NCBI GenBank assembly: GCA_009103225.1
Contig: RHPI01003389.1
Coordinates: 601,162 to 665,161 of the forward strand
Length of the DNA stretch: 64,000 nucleotides
DNA from: Chlorokybus atmophyticus
Taxonomy: Eukaryota; Plantae; Mesostigma and Chlorokybus algae
Direction of reading: 5' to 3'
The notes under the pieces are model-generated. The model saw only the letters and a program-made list of their open reading frames with translations. It did no database searches and was not told the DNA's origin. Positions 36,201 to 50,076 of this stretch are shown one piece after another (the stretch's first letter is position 1; each line of letters opens with the position of its first letter). A program made the position numbers and the translations under genes.

Positions 36201-37545
36201 AACACTCTACATAACAAAAGGAAATCAACCTTGCATGCTAATACCTGACGGGCACGGTCTAGGTTGTTCATCATGCCCTCCAATGCCTGCAGGCTTGCAC
36301 TGTCCTGATGGCGCACATTGGCATTGCTGAGTTGAAGGACAAAAACAGGAGATGATACATCGGATGTAGTGTAGTCTCAAAAGCTAACGATCAGTCTTGC
36401 ATATTGCCATGAGCATGCAATGCTTGAGCAGTACGCCGTACACGGTGTCGCCACATGCATCCACTCCTAATACAAACACACGCGCATGTGCATGCACGCA
36501 CACACATGCGTGCGCGCACACCGCTGTCCAAGTAAGTGCATGTGCAGAATTGTTGACAATGCAGACAACCCAATTGTTTATCAATATTGTTACTTTTACT
36601 GCTGCTACAGCCACAACAGCTGCGGCTTGCTGCTGTAGCAGCTGCAGCGGCGGCGGCGGCTGTAGCTTGCCGTTCCTCTTGTTCGTTTGAGTGAAGCTAC
36701 AGCAGCAGCAATAGGCGCAGCTGACAAGCACAACCACAACAACTTGTGTGGTTTGACAACAACACGTCATTGACTCAATTGTGTTGTTGTTGTTGGACAA
36801 CAACAATACAATTAACGACAGAGCAGACAACGGCAGCGAGAGCCGCTACAACCGTAGCAACTACTGTTATACCAATGCCAACAGCAAGTGACTTAATGTA
36901 ACTACCGTAACTTACAGTAGGCTTACAACAACTACTTACAGCAAGCACACAAAAGGCAACGAACATTCCACCACAAAGCTCTTACCTCAACGCAGTAAGC
37001 CCACCTCCAGCACCGCCGCCTGTGGCGCCGCTTCTAGTGCCTGCAGCATAAGCGAGCGACGCAAGGAGTGCCTCAGTACAACCCATCGATTAGGACTTCA
37101 GCACGGGATAAGGACAGTATCGTACTCATTGCTCTGCTGACGTGTGCAAGGCTGCGGCTCAATTTGTCATTGCAAGCCATTATCTCTGACGACGCGTGGT
37201 AAGTGACAGGCCTGGTGCTCACAATGTCTGCGTACGAACCGGACTTGGTTCTCGGCACCTGTACACCTGTACCAGTGCTGCCCTGGCTCATAGGCCGCAG
37301 GGCATGCGACCAGCCTTGGTCCTACTGCTCAGGCCGCGTGCTGACCAGTGCTATACCGGTCTACAACTTGAAGCCGCGGGACACGCCACCAGCCCCAGTC
37401 CGGTCATTCGGACCATATCGGCGGGCTAAGGGGCCGGACCACCGGTGGTCCGATCATGCCGGACCAGTAGCGGCACTGGTACGCTACAACGTACCAGACG
37501 TGGTCTACGGGCTGCGTACGACTGGTCCGCGCGTAAAAAGCCCTG
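31894..37545. mobile_element. Non-autonomous TIR element (element B, CMC-like ends) containing a decayed intron-rich gene on the minus strand
   Basis: Ungapped inverted match of 18/26 nt between CACGGAATTTTTTCCACGGACCAGCC and the reverse complement of the right end. Dense GGACCA/TGGTCC subterminal arrays at 31894-32240 and 37200-37545. No transposase recognised. Confidence 0.7.
34570..34627. repeat. Perfect 28-bp-stem hairpin, one of a family of related hairpins
   Basis: TGGCAGCGCTGGCTCATAGGCCGCACTG-GT-CAGTGCGGCCTATGAGCCAGCGCTGCCA. Related copies at ~33915-34035, 34668-34720 and 35337-35378. Confidence 0.95.
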
Positions 37546-38229
37546 TGCAAGAGCATGGCAAAATTATTTTAAGGGTCTTAATGTTGCTCAAGACCAATCG
37601 CAAACGCTTTTATCAAATGGTTACTTTTTATAAACTTTGGGGTACCAAGCGAAGACATTAAAGGAAGAATGCCTTGACCCCTGAGCTTTGTTCATAAGTA
37701 AGAGAATTTTGGCATTACAACACGCATGAACCGGCATGTAGACAAGTTGACAAGTTGATCGTTCGAGACGGCCTCGGCAGGCGATGTTGGGGGGACTACA
37801 TCATCAAGAGCTTTGAAAAAGGTACTAAATAAACAAGCCTTCTCCTAAACATCCGCGCTACGAACGCCGACTTATAAACTTAGCGGGTCTTTATAAAGCT
37901 GAAGCCTTATTACATTCAACCCAAGTTGGCGGTCGAGACATTTAGCACTTTTGTGTATGCTCTCAGCATACACATTTGAAAGAGTTGACTATAGGCGCTT
38001 GCGGCTAATCGACACTAAAAACATGATAATTTTTGGTGCAATTGTGCTGCACACATTTGGTGCACACTGCTAGGTATGTGAGCTTTATACTGTGCTTAGC
38101 CTGTGGATAAGTGTACTCAACTTTGCTTGACCTTGTACTTGTCTCAGGTGCAAAAGGCCTGCTTGTGCAACAAAAAATGCCGGTGTTCCGTTCGCACAAA
38201 GTATGCAATGATGCAGTCAACCGCTTTTA

Positions 38230-39150
38230 ATGCCTCCAATACAGATCTTCTCGACGCAACCTGCTGCCCAAAAGTTGAAGACGACAACGTATATCATAAA
38301 AAATACTGCATTACAAGTAGTTGTTTCTCTTTGTAAGAAAGAACTTGAAGACCAGCAGACTATGCTACTGCCCCGCCTTTACGCAAAGCGCCCACAAGAA
38401 GGCAAGGGCGAGAACGGCAAGGTCCGCACTTTTCATCATGTCATTGATTTTGTAAGGCAGCACTGGTTGTTCAAAGAATACCTCAGCTGTTTGCAGCGAC
38501 GACTCAAACAGTTTAAACATTACGCTTTTTTGTCTTAGTGGCAAGACAAGCAACAAAAACGATGCATCCAGACGTTGCCTTCCGGTACAATCGTTAGCAT
38601 CAGTGACTTCTTATAAAACTATGCATTACAGCCGAATCATGAGTTGACGCAGCAGCATTTGAACAGACGCTTAGTCACTATCTTGGTGCAATTTGTATAT
38701 GGGCATGTGGGATGAGGACGATGGCGACGAATCAACGGAAGAGGTCGTAGTATAAATGAAAAAGGTATGTTGCATTCGGTCATTTTACCCTAGCCTGTAC
38801 TATTAGGTAACCTTTCCTAACTATTACAGGTACACTTTTGAATATCGGACGACCTTCAGAAAGCAACAACAGCTTCTTTGTTTGTCATTGTATGCGACGG
38901 CTACTTAAACGTTACAAGCAGAGGGGCGTTACAGTCAATTGCGTGATAAGCTGGAGTGATAATTGTGCAGTTCAATTCAAATGTGCCAACCATTGCACAA
39001 CTTGCAAAGTGCGCTTTGCCAGCGACAAATCATCACGATGATGGAGATCTAAGTTGCATCGAGATGGTGTGGCACTATCCATGCCCTCCACATGGTAAAT
39101 GAGAACATAGTAGAGAAGGTGGCACCTATGGACGACATCTTGACCGGGCA
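38230..39150 (+). pseudogene. Decayed DDE transposase, Sola-like (DFxENY / SDxCxxQFK / HGK type)
   Basis: FKHYAFLS*WQDKQ, IVSISDFL*NYALQ..HEL..H..RLVTILV, ISDD, SWSDNCAVQFKC, WHYPCPPHGK*EH..EGG. Many stops and frameshifts. The superfamily name is tentative. Confidence 0.7.
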
Positions 39151-41137
39151 AGTAAGCAGGGCATTGAATTGTTCGACACATATACAATATGCTAGCATGC
39201 GGCGGCGGTATACACCAAAGGTGCCCACTCTTCTTATGCTGGGCGCGAAGAGCAACACAAGTCAATGCATAGGTATGTCCACCTTGTAAAGACCAGCCAT
39301 AGTAAAGCGAGAAGAAGTTACCGTACGGTCCCCAAAACTCAGTCATTTCAAAGCGTCATGGCGACTGATGAGGTTGATTTATGTCTCGCCAGTTGTCCTG
39401 CTTCTACAACGATTGCATGCACGAAGATTATCATCAGTGCTGCAACCTAGAATACGTGCCGCAATGGTATAGGCAAGCAATGATTGCCACCGAAGAGGAC
39501 GGTGAAGACAACAAGCAGGAGGTGTGCACTTGCTCATAAGCTCTCAAATGCAATTGCCTTTTGTAATTGTGCTCCATCATGTCCTTTGCAAATGCTGCTG
39601 TCCAATCCAGAGGTATTGGCTATGACAATTTTGGTTGGAGAGACACTTGTCGTCAAGGCCGATAAAAGTCATTCGTATTATGATGCGTCATAGGTTACAG
39701 CTGGGGCTCTGCAGTAAAATCCCGCTGACACAATAAGCGATTGTTAAGACAGTCCCCAACACAAAGGAACCAGGTGCCAGAATAGGCCAAACCTACCTAC
39801 ATATGATCAACACGTTGTTGCCGGTAGGAGGTGTTTTATAACAAGACTTAGCATCAATCAAACAACAATCATGCATATGAGGTCAACTTTGAAACAACGG
39901 GTTCCCCAAGATGGGAAAGCTTTCCCAACATGGAAGACAGAAAAACAGAAACCATTGATCAACATAGGGTAGGGGCTGTTGTTCCCACAATTAAAAAATC
40001 TATGTAATATGGAAACAGCTGTTTTGTCCACAAATTGTCCCCCCTGACCTTGCAACACCCAATGATCGCATATACCGTAGTGTTGCAGAATCCTCGTATT
40101 TTGCGCATGCCAAAAAGTTAGTACTTTTTCTGTTAAAACCCTGCGTAGCTATGCATTTCAACATAATGCCATAAAACGCATGCAGATAGCTGTCGAGTAC
40201 TTGGTACAAATTACGCAAAGTGCGTAATTACATTTTGTTCATTGAAACGAAGATGCCGCGGCATTACGATACTCGTATAGAGCCCTTAATTAAATAAAGC
40301 CTCCCCGGGGGCCCCCTCTTAATAATTGAATCTTCTAATTATAAACGGGGTGAGGTGTGCGTGTGTGTCTGTGAGAAAGAGGGGGCGNATCCATTGGTGA
40401 TGTTGGGCATGCACATGTTGCAAGGGGGTCATTCATTGAGGGGGGCACTATTCAAACGCACATATAGGGGAAGCGCGTTGAATTGACCGGCGGGCATTTT
40501 CAATTCGTAATCGGGCTGTCGTCAGGCCCCGGGGGCATGCATTAATGGTATATAGTGCATGGACACCAGCTTACTACGCATAGGCAACGCATGTAAACGC
40601 TGCAATATTGCATTGCATGGTATTAATGCTGGGTAGGCGAACATCAGCGCTAGGTAAGCAGCACATTAGGCACGGGCGGGGGCTTGTATACGCGGGGGCA
40701 GGGGGGGGGGGGNCAAAATGCTCTCCGTACGTACGGATACGGTGACCAACGAGATGAAAAACGCGGCGGAATTCATAAAACCGCTTCAAATGCATAATTG
40801 TACATATGTGTTGATGACCAATTGTGCTTAATGAGATTTGACTTGAGACACAAATAGCCCTTCAAGCTAAAGCGTAACACACTCTTTATGATGTGAGTGA
40901 TGTGTATGTCCCAAGTTAGCTTAGTATATGGAGGTATGCAATAAGGCAATAAGGCCATGTCCGGCATAGCTCTGCTGGGCCCGCAGATGAGACAAATTTA
41001 CATTAAAGTTATGTGAACAGTTTAACCAGGATAATTGCAAATACGATTAGTTCATATCCGCGTTTAATGCATAAATTCGGCCATCACCGACGTCTTCAAG
41101 GGGAAGACTTGTGCGTTAAGAGCATATGCATTTATTA

Positions 41138-41430
41138 ATAAGTGCAAACTATGAGATGCGTAACTTTTGGTGTGTCTATTCACTCATCAAGGTAGCTTAC
41201 GCTTGAGTTACAGATCGAGTACAATAAAAGTATGTTGTAGTTACGGTCGTACACGTTACAACGTAACTTCGGGTTAGGTTTACTTCATAAGTGCATAGGT
41301 TATGCATATATGCCAAGCCTAAGTGCGTAATATATGCACTTAAAGCGGGTGCATAAAATATGCACTTATCAAGATTACATAAACGCGATAAGTGCATACA
41401 TATGCCCGTTCCCGATGGTATGCACTTATC
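41138..41430. repeat. Cluster of ATAAGTGCA / TGCACTTAT motifs in both orientations
   Basis: About 7 copies in 300 bp, resembling a transposon subterminal array. Confidence 0.7.
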
Positions 41431-43395
41431 GAGGTTAGACTGTACACGTATTGAGGTCTCGATTGCCTGTACGCAGTGCAGCGGCTGCACTGACATGACG
41501 AGTCACAGTCGTGAGCACGGCACGATACGGCAAGCCCATTGTCACAGGGTCCGACAGGTTTAGGGACTGTTCTCTGCCCACCCCAGTTCTGCGTGTGCAA
41601 AAGGCATTGAAAAGCAACCACTTGCCTCGCGGCTTGGGGACTGGGACCTACGAGCGGTAACAGCCAACCTTGTCGACGTGGACAATACGAGCGGCTGTCC
41701 GCGTGGAATTGTCATCGCAGCCTGTCCCACAGGGGCTGATCAGCTCGGTTCGTACCAACTTTTAGGACCCCGACCCACCTTACGGAACTGTGCGACCCGG
41801 CAGAGGAGCCCGCGGACCCGCGTTCCCACCACAAGTTCTAATGCATGGGACCGAAAAGCAAGTGGATGCTATGCGCGCTGAATTGTGCACCTCAAAAAGG
41901 CTGCCACGAAACCTAGAAAAGGCAGCGCTGCTGGTTGCAAAGCTGAATCGTAAGGAGATCACGTCGCCGATTCCTGTGCCACTTTGTACGGATTTGCAGA
42001 TTGTGTCTCTGCAATAAAGAACAACGTGGGAGGCCGCCAGCACTGCTGGCCCAGCAGTACGCCAAGCGCATCTCGCCATCAGCACGGGCAGAAGCAGGTT
42101 CAGATCGGTTTGGCAACAGGCACTGAGCCCCGAGCGCGGATATCGCCAAGCGCGCCTCGAGTGCTCAGCTCCAAGCAACGCTAGCGCAGATATCTCCCAG
42201 TATTTGCGCTGCGTATAGGCGCGTAGTTATAGGTGTCGGACCGGTGATATTTTGGAAGACACGCGGTAGAACCGGACAGTGCATATGGACGCTATTGTCT
42301 GCTGACTTGTAACTATGTTTGTCTGGCAAATGCAAAGGCCTGGTGACCGTCTGAATTCACACAGGCGACCTGCTAAACAGAATATTGAAAAGAACCAACC
42401 GACGCGCAGATACCCACAATCCTTCTGCCCGTACCCATACCAGGTGCAGGTGGCTGTGTAATTCAAGCCAGCGCGCCGCACAGCGCCGCATACGGCGTAC
42501 CGTTGCGGCGGCACACATGATGTCGGAGCCCAAGATGCACTGCCCAAGCGGGAGATCTTTGTGCTCACCCTCTCTCTCAGCTCACGTTGCTATCAAATAA
42601 TGCATTGCTGGTTATGAAGATGAAGAGCACAGCAGGATCACCGAACAGAGGTGCCAAGCTCCGTCAGAAAAATGCCGGTGCGCCAAACCGGCCGACCGGT
42701 AGCACGCACCAAAAAATCGTAAAATCTCATGCGCCCGTTATGAATTATAACCACGAACTGACTTACTGAACCCGCCGAGATAGGAGCATTACTTTTGACT
42801 TTAGGGGACTTGCATCAAATCAACGGTGTTGTCATGCTGATGTCATAACACGAGGATTCGGCGTTTTCGGAAACCGATCGCCGGCTTTTGCACGTTTCCC
42901 CCCGGTCCTCGCAAAAGCAACACAACAAAACTGTCAAACAATATCATATTCATAACGATTTTGTGCGTGCCGCTCTGCGCAAATGATCACCACGGCGCCA
43001 GGCTGAGACACCTGGTGCTTATATTGCATTGTGCCGCGATATCCAACGCCACTGCACAACCTAGTTTTGCTGTGGCTTCAGTCAGCTTGGTTGTACAGCT
43101 TTCGTGTGCAGTAGCTGGTGTTGAGTGACACTTGCTTGTAAGGCAGCGTTTAGTCGGCGGCGTTGTGGGTGTGGGAGTGGGTGTCGGTAGCGCTTTCGTG
43201 GACTTTTGGTGGAGGCGGTGGTTTTGTGTTGTTGGCTGGAGGCGGCAGCAATTGCTGGGTGGTGGCTGGCGGCGATAGAAGTGGCACTGTGAGTGGGACG
43301 GTGGGAGACAACCTGCTCGAGAGAAAGCCAGTGACAGGGGGAGGGTTGGTGGGCAGCAAGGGTTTGTATGCGATTGACTTCTCCTGCACAACGGC

Positions 43396-44311
43396 ATGGC
43401 TAGCACCAACATGAATGCAATGGTGGATAGCGCCACGGCGGCTGCTGCGGCTGCCGGGGCCGCTTTTATGGCCAGTAGCCATCAAGGCGGCTCTAGCTTG
43501 GACTGCGTCCCTTCCACTTCCGGTCGTGTCGGTTTCATCACATCCGATCAGCTCAATGCCCTGCGCTTGCGCCAGGAGGAGTTTGCCATCGTGGATGTTA
43601 GGTACCAGCCCTGCGAAGCGTACATTTGCGTGCGTGTATGCTTCTATGTGCCTTAAGAACCCGGCTTCCTTAGCTCACGTAACGTATGCAATGCTGACCT
43701 GCTTTTCTACGCTTGCTTTGCTGGCTTGAAGAGTTGCGCAGCTCTTTGTGTGTGCGATGGTATATCTGAGTGTGCGGCTGACTCTGCTGCTGCTGCCAGG
43801 GATGACGAGCGGATGCTGTGGCCACACATACCAGGCTCATTACACTGTCCTTCGGTCCGTTTTGAGCAAGAAGTGTGCAAGGTTGCGGAGCGAGTTAAGA
43901 ACAAGAAGCATGTGGTGTTTCACTGCGCTCTCTCACAGGTAAATCTCAAGAGTTGAGTCCAGTCTCATTGTCACAGCAGGATGTCTTGTAGTGCAAGGTG
44001 CAGTCTGCACTTGCTGCAGAGACAAATGCTGTACTTGACAGTTTCAGCATCTGAGCAGGCTCTTATCACTTGTTGTGTGCAATCAGGTCCGAGGTCCTCG
44101 ATGCGCGCAAAAATTTGCAGACATAGTTGCCTTAGACCCAACTGCCACGTGCGAAGTGCATGTGCTGCAGCACGGTTTCCAAGATTGGTTCAAGGCGGGT
44201 TGCGAGGTGTGTCGATGCAGGAACCCCTACTGCGTGCGCGAGTCACACCAGCTCAACCGCTCGCAGTGCCGCCCCGCGCAGCAGCAGCAGCTCAGTGGTG
44301 CTGCATGCTGA
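43396..44311 (+). CDS. ACR2: Rhodanese-fold CDC25/ACR2-like arsenate reductase / dual-specificity phosphatase
   Basis: Exons 43396-43601, 43800-43938, 44087-44311 splice to IVDVR|DDER..HIPGSLH..VFHCALSQ|VRGPRCA..VLQHGFQDW..CRCRNPYC. HCX5R active site; matches the plant CDC25/ACR2 pattern. Confidence 0.9.
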
Positions 44312-45029
44312 ACACACAATGGCCTACATACAGCAGTAGTCCCAAGGTGTGAACTCCCAGTCGCATAGTTGGCATTACTATGTAGTCAGTGGGCGTGACA
44401 CAGTGACGACCTTCTGACCTTCCCTTCCTCGCTGAAGTGTCCATCCAGCATTCTTCTGGCCAATCGACACGTTCTCGGGGTGTAGACTACTTTGCCTACG
44501 ATTGTTGGCAATGTTCACAAGACAGCAGCAATGCTTTCCCGAAGTAAGGTGTCACTTGGTTGTAAGGTAGATAATAAATTATGCAGGCGTTTGTGCAGTG
44601 AGCAGTAGTTCTAGGTTAGACTTCATTATGTTGCTCGCCAGTGGGTAGTCTAGCCGAGCTCAACGAAGTCCCCAAAACTGAATCAACATTAATCAACAAT
44701 TGCTGTGATGTTCATGAATATATCTGATCAGGTTGACATTGCTTGTTCAAGTGGGATAAATTCCTGGTTGTTTTGATGTAAGGTAAGGTGCTCTTGGATA
44801 TGTATTGAACCTTGCATGCAACCTAACTCATATATGGTGCCAAATTTCTGGTGGCATTTTTTTATGACAGGCGTGGTACTGTTGATTATACTCCTACCAG
44901 CTTTGAAGTTCAAATGCGAAAATGCCATAGCAGCTCTAAACATATTAGGCTGATAAATGCAGCTTAACATCGTCGCGACCAACCTTTGCACCAACAATTG
45001 TTTCCGTCATAAGTAGCACTCTGCTCTCG

Positions 45030-45440
45030 GATTGGGGAGTTTTGTACTAACGCTTGTGCTCAGCCCAGATGACAACGTCAGTACAACTAACACACTTCCT
45101 TGCACTCTATTTATTAAACAGTCACTTGCAGTTGCACACGCATGCACATACGTATTTGTTGGGCACTTGTACACACAGCACTTCACATACCCTATACACA
45201 CACTTGCAGGCACTTGCACCCACCCACGCTTTGGGATTGGGAAGTTTTGTATTAACGCTTGTGCTCAGCCCAGCTGACAACGTCAGTACAGCCAACGCAC
45301 ACACGCACTTGCTGTTGCACACGCATGCACACACGTAATTGTTGGGGCACCTTTACACACGCACTTGCAGGCACTTGCACCCACCCACCCGCCTACGCGC
45401 ACACGCGCAAGCACACACATGCATGCACTACCGCACACAC
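45030..45440 (+). repeat. Imperfect ~205-bp tandem duplication
   Basis: GATTGGG.AGTTTTGTA.TAACGCTTGTGCTCAGCCCAG.TGACAACGTCAGTACA at ~45030 and ~45236. Confidence 0.8.
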
Positions 45441-45609
45441 ATGCAAACTGAATACTGTGTGCCCCACAGTTGCAGCAATTGTGCTAGCGTGTGACCGGGA
45501 GCGTGTCAAAGAGTCAAAACTGAGAGCAAACGAGTGACCAAGCGCGAGGGCGAGGGCGAGGGCGAGAGAGGGAGAGGGAGAGGGAGAGGGAGAGGGAGTG
45601 GGACATATN

Positions 45610-46178
<569 letters not shown>

Positions 46179-46789
46179 CCCCATTCAACCCTACTCATAA
46201 CAAACTTGCACTACGCATATGTAATCCCAGCTTGATTGCAACCCAATCCATGTGCAATAATTCATGTGAAAGTGTGGAGGCAATACGCACTGGTACCACG
46301 GTTGTATGTCCTGCGTAGCGGTATACTGTGTAATTACAGTGCTTGCACCAGACGTGCAATTGAGCACAACAACCGCTGTGCATGTCTACGTGTGCTTCAT
46401 TGCTAAGTACAGATCATACCAGCATTGCCACCCTCCCTAGCTCATTGTGATTTAGTTCCTACAGCGAGAAGATGTCTGGCAACAAGCAAGGACTGCTTCC
46501 TGCTTGTCCTCGATACACAAACTACACATCTTGACCATGTGCCATTCATCTGCCAACCAATAGTCTAACAAGACCCTGCGCATTTAGCACACATCTGCCT
46601 AAGTATACTTACATACCTGCAGCATGGCACAACACCCAACTCCTAGCTGTGCGGGTTTCTGCAGTTACCATACACAGACAACTAACTCCAACACAATCTA
46701 CCAAGCACCGACACTGCAACAAACTCCACAACATCCCGCATTGTTGCGGGTAACTGGCACAGATGCGTACGACGCATACCTCTGCAGCA

Positions 46790-49700
46790 TCACAACCCAT
46801 GGCTAGCTGAGGTTGTGACAGATTCTGCACTGGTGTTATCGCTTGTAGAAAACTTGGGACGCGACAGTGCCGACGGAACTTCCGCAATCTTGCTAGCCCA
46901 GTAGAATGCCTGCTCTCTTTTGCCCAGCTGCGCGTTCGCTATGCTCAACATCCTCATCATCCTTATCTGCATCAAGGCCACACTTGCGACCTCACTTGCA
47001 AGCACGCTGTGTGATTGAAGAGGCGATATGCAGTTGTTGCTAAAATTAACATGCATATTGCTCATTGCCATACAATGTCAAGCCTTTGGCCGCATATAGA
47101 CTAACCACCAAGGCGCTTACCCACACGTCTCGTGGCGAGGCCGGTTTAAGGAGCTCTTCGTGACGCACGCTGTCAAAGCCAGCCTGAATGCATACAGGCT
47201 TAACTCGTATATGCAGCAAATGTAGCATGATGTGTGTAAACCAAGGGCTGAACATGGGCATCAAGCAAGGAAAGGCCGCAACAAGATTCGCTGATGGGCA
47301 GTCTCATGCCGACCTGGCATAGCAATCGTGTGCATTCGGGCTTTGTCATCAGTGTGCCTCGGTTGTACGCATCAACTGGAACAAAAACATTTAGTGTCGT
47401 TGCTCTGGAAAAGAACGCAACTGGCGAGTACAGCTGTACCGTAGAGTGCCGCCTTCATGTTTGAATCTGATGACGGTTGAATTCTGGACAGGAAATAGCC
47501 AGGCAGATTCAGGGGCTGTATGTTAAGTCCAAGGCGAGCGCCTATGAGCGTGTACACAATGCCAATGCCAAGCGGTGCGCCCAACTTCTCGCGAAACACT
47601 CCTTGGAGAGTGATGGGTTCATGCTGTAGTAACCCGCAAATAGTCAGTTCAGAACAGCAGCATGCATGCATGGTGAGGCCACGCACCACATACACCAGGC
47701 CAGCTGTTCACCTGACCATCTTTGGAACTGTCTTGGAAGCCTAGCTCTTGAAACAGGACGTAGTTCAGGAGGTCAAGCTTCTCATGAACGCCTGAACTGC
47801 GTATGTACCGCCTTCCTGCCAAAATGACGACATCAATGCAGCTTGCACACTACTTGATCTCAAACTCATCACTTTCAAACACGCATGCTTGTTCCTGCCG
47901 CGTGTCCAGGTAGTGCAGACGCTACAAAACCGTCTGCTGACTACCTGCCAGCCTGCCTGCATATCATGTTCAGCAATTGCAGTACAGCAGTGCTGCCGCA
48001 ACAGTCAACTTCATAACAACTGAGTGACTCCTGGTGGCAGCTGCGTCACAAATACCTGCTGTTTCAAACCTTGAGTGGGTTGTTCTCTGCCTGCCCTGCA
48101 GCATCAGCGCACTCTGGAATTCCTCAGCAGCTGCCAGCTCTTGCTGTGAGGCGAGTAAACGATTCACATGCGCTGCGATAGAGTCCAACTGCTGTCGTAC
48201 ACTGCACCATGTTGAATCAGCAACTACACATTGTGACAGCCTCCACCCTTGCTGGTGCAGCACGCAATTGTGTGGTAAATGCATGTGTTGTTTATCAATG
48301 GTCGCGTTGTTGCATGCTGATGACCTGGCAGAAGTGTCTTCGGCACCTGGATTGGCCAAACGTCCAACAAGAATGACACCATCTTCAAGAACACGCCATC
48401 CCTGATCGCTGCTCTCCATCCCTATTCGCATTGGTACATCACCCCCTCGCTTCATTAGTTCTGTCCATTGCTTGCTGACCTTCAACGACTGCACGCATAC
48501 CGACCATCAGTCAATTGTTATTGCAGCGAGAAGATAGCTTGAACATTCAGAAATAGACCATTTACCTGCAAGTGATGCTTCGCTTCCCGGATGGATGCAA
48601 ACCCAAAGTCCACGTCATTGCATGTCCTAAAACCTGCTCTAACCGCTGCGTTGAAAGTAGACGTGCTTGCCTGTAGATAAAACCAAGTGTTGCTGACCAC
48701 AAAACTACTATAATATGCAGAACACAACACGAAGGTGACAGATGACATGTGATGCCACAACATAATGGCGTGCCTGCGCCGCTTGGCTGCCTGCTGCTTG
48801 GTCTAACTCGTTGAACCTGTTGAAGGCCGCAGCTGCGCATGCGTCAAACCGCTCCCGCGACTCAACCGCAGGCCAGCACAACTGGGCCGCTTCCTGTTTC
48901 AGCAGCCATCTCTGATTAAGCGTGCAGCCATACATGAACTTACGGAGACAGAACAATTGTCATGAAGACACTGACATGCGTCTACTTTTTTTTTGGCTTC
49001 GAGTCTCTGAACAGCAAGATGGACCTCACAAACAAAGCATCATTAGGCTCTTGGCTCCTACATGGTACAACAGCACAGCTCTCACAGAGTATGCAACACA
49101 AGCCCAGTCCGCAACCACAGGTGCAGCTTTTGCCATATTGGATGAGTCAGGAGCAAAGAAAGACAGACTGAATGTACAGACTTGTGAACTCTCGACCTAA
49201 ACCGATCATTAACTACTGCATGCAGCGTGCGATGAGACTCACAGTGCGCACTGCTCAAGGAGAATGACGCTGGTCATCCAGCAGGTTCATCCACTAATTG
49301 CTCTTGGGAGCCCGTCCGTCGTCTACTTAAAGCCTACTTGTTCAAAAGCCCTGAACTGAGTCACCAGCGCCCGGGTTGTGATGTCCCTTCATTTCTAGTC
49401 AGGATAACAGCTTAAGACTGAACCACATCATGTGTGCTTGCATAGGAGGTTATATGTCCTGATGTGATCTGTCAGCATGCATGGCTTAATAAAGCACTGA
49501 GGGAATGCGGCTGAAGGCGGGCTAGCTGTCAGCATCCAAACACTGCAAGATTCATGCCCAACAGCTGACTGGTTTCAATCTATTGGTTGTGCATCAAGCT
49601 GGCACCATTGAGGATTACAAGCTTTTAACAAAAATACACCAACAGCTTACGTTGGTGCAGCTCATATTTCAATTTGATTGTGCAGGAGACCGCTGAAACC

Positions 49701-49883
49701 ACAAGCTGGCATGAGAGCTGCAAGCGGTCAAGCCAGAGAGTACTTCCAATTGGCTTGGCTGTTCGCAACCTCCAGACTCACCTCAACCTGCCTAGACAAG
49801 CGCAGCAACGTCCTGTACAACGTCCTCGCGATCGCCGCAGACGACACTGACGACGACGACGACGACGACCTGGACGCCGCCAT
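46790..49883 (-). CDS. SirB1/transglutaminase-like (FBXO21-type) domain protein, multi-exon, with LYR-like N-terminal motif
   Basis: ARTLYRTLLRL (first exon), LLNYVLFQELGFQ, GVFREKLGAPLGIGIVYTLIGARLGLNIQPLNLPGYFLSRI, LLKPASPRDVW. Exon structure only partly resolved. Confidence 0.7.
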
Positions 49884-50076
49884 GCCGCCCACGTCCTCCC
49901 CCTCCCCCTCCTCCTCCGCGGCAGCACACGCTGCCGGCGCACAGCTCAAGCGTCAGCTTTAGCACAGCTGCTAGCAGGTAAGCTTGTCGGCGGCCAGGGA
50001 GGCGGCGGAAGACGACGAGGAGGTGGGGAAGGACGTGAAGGGTGGAGGGTGGACGTTGACGCACATCCGCAGCGAC

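Noticed and set aside
42987-43485. Antisense ORFs overlapping the ACR2-like 5' region
   Set aside because: Low-complexity GC-rich shadow frames with no motifs.
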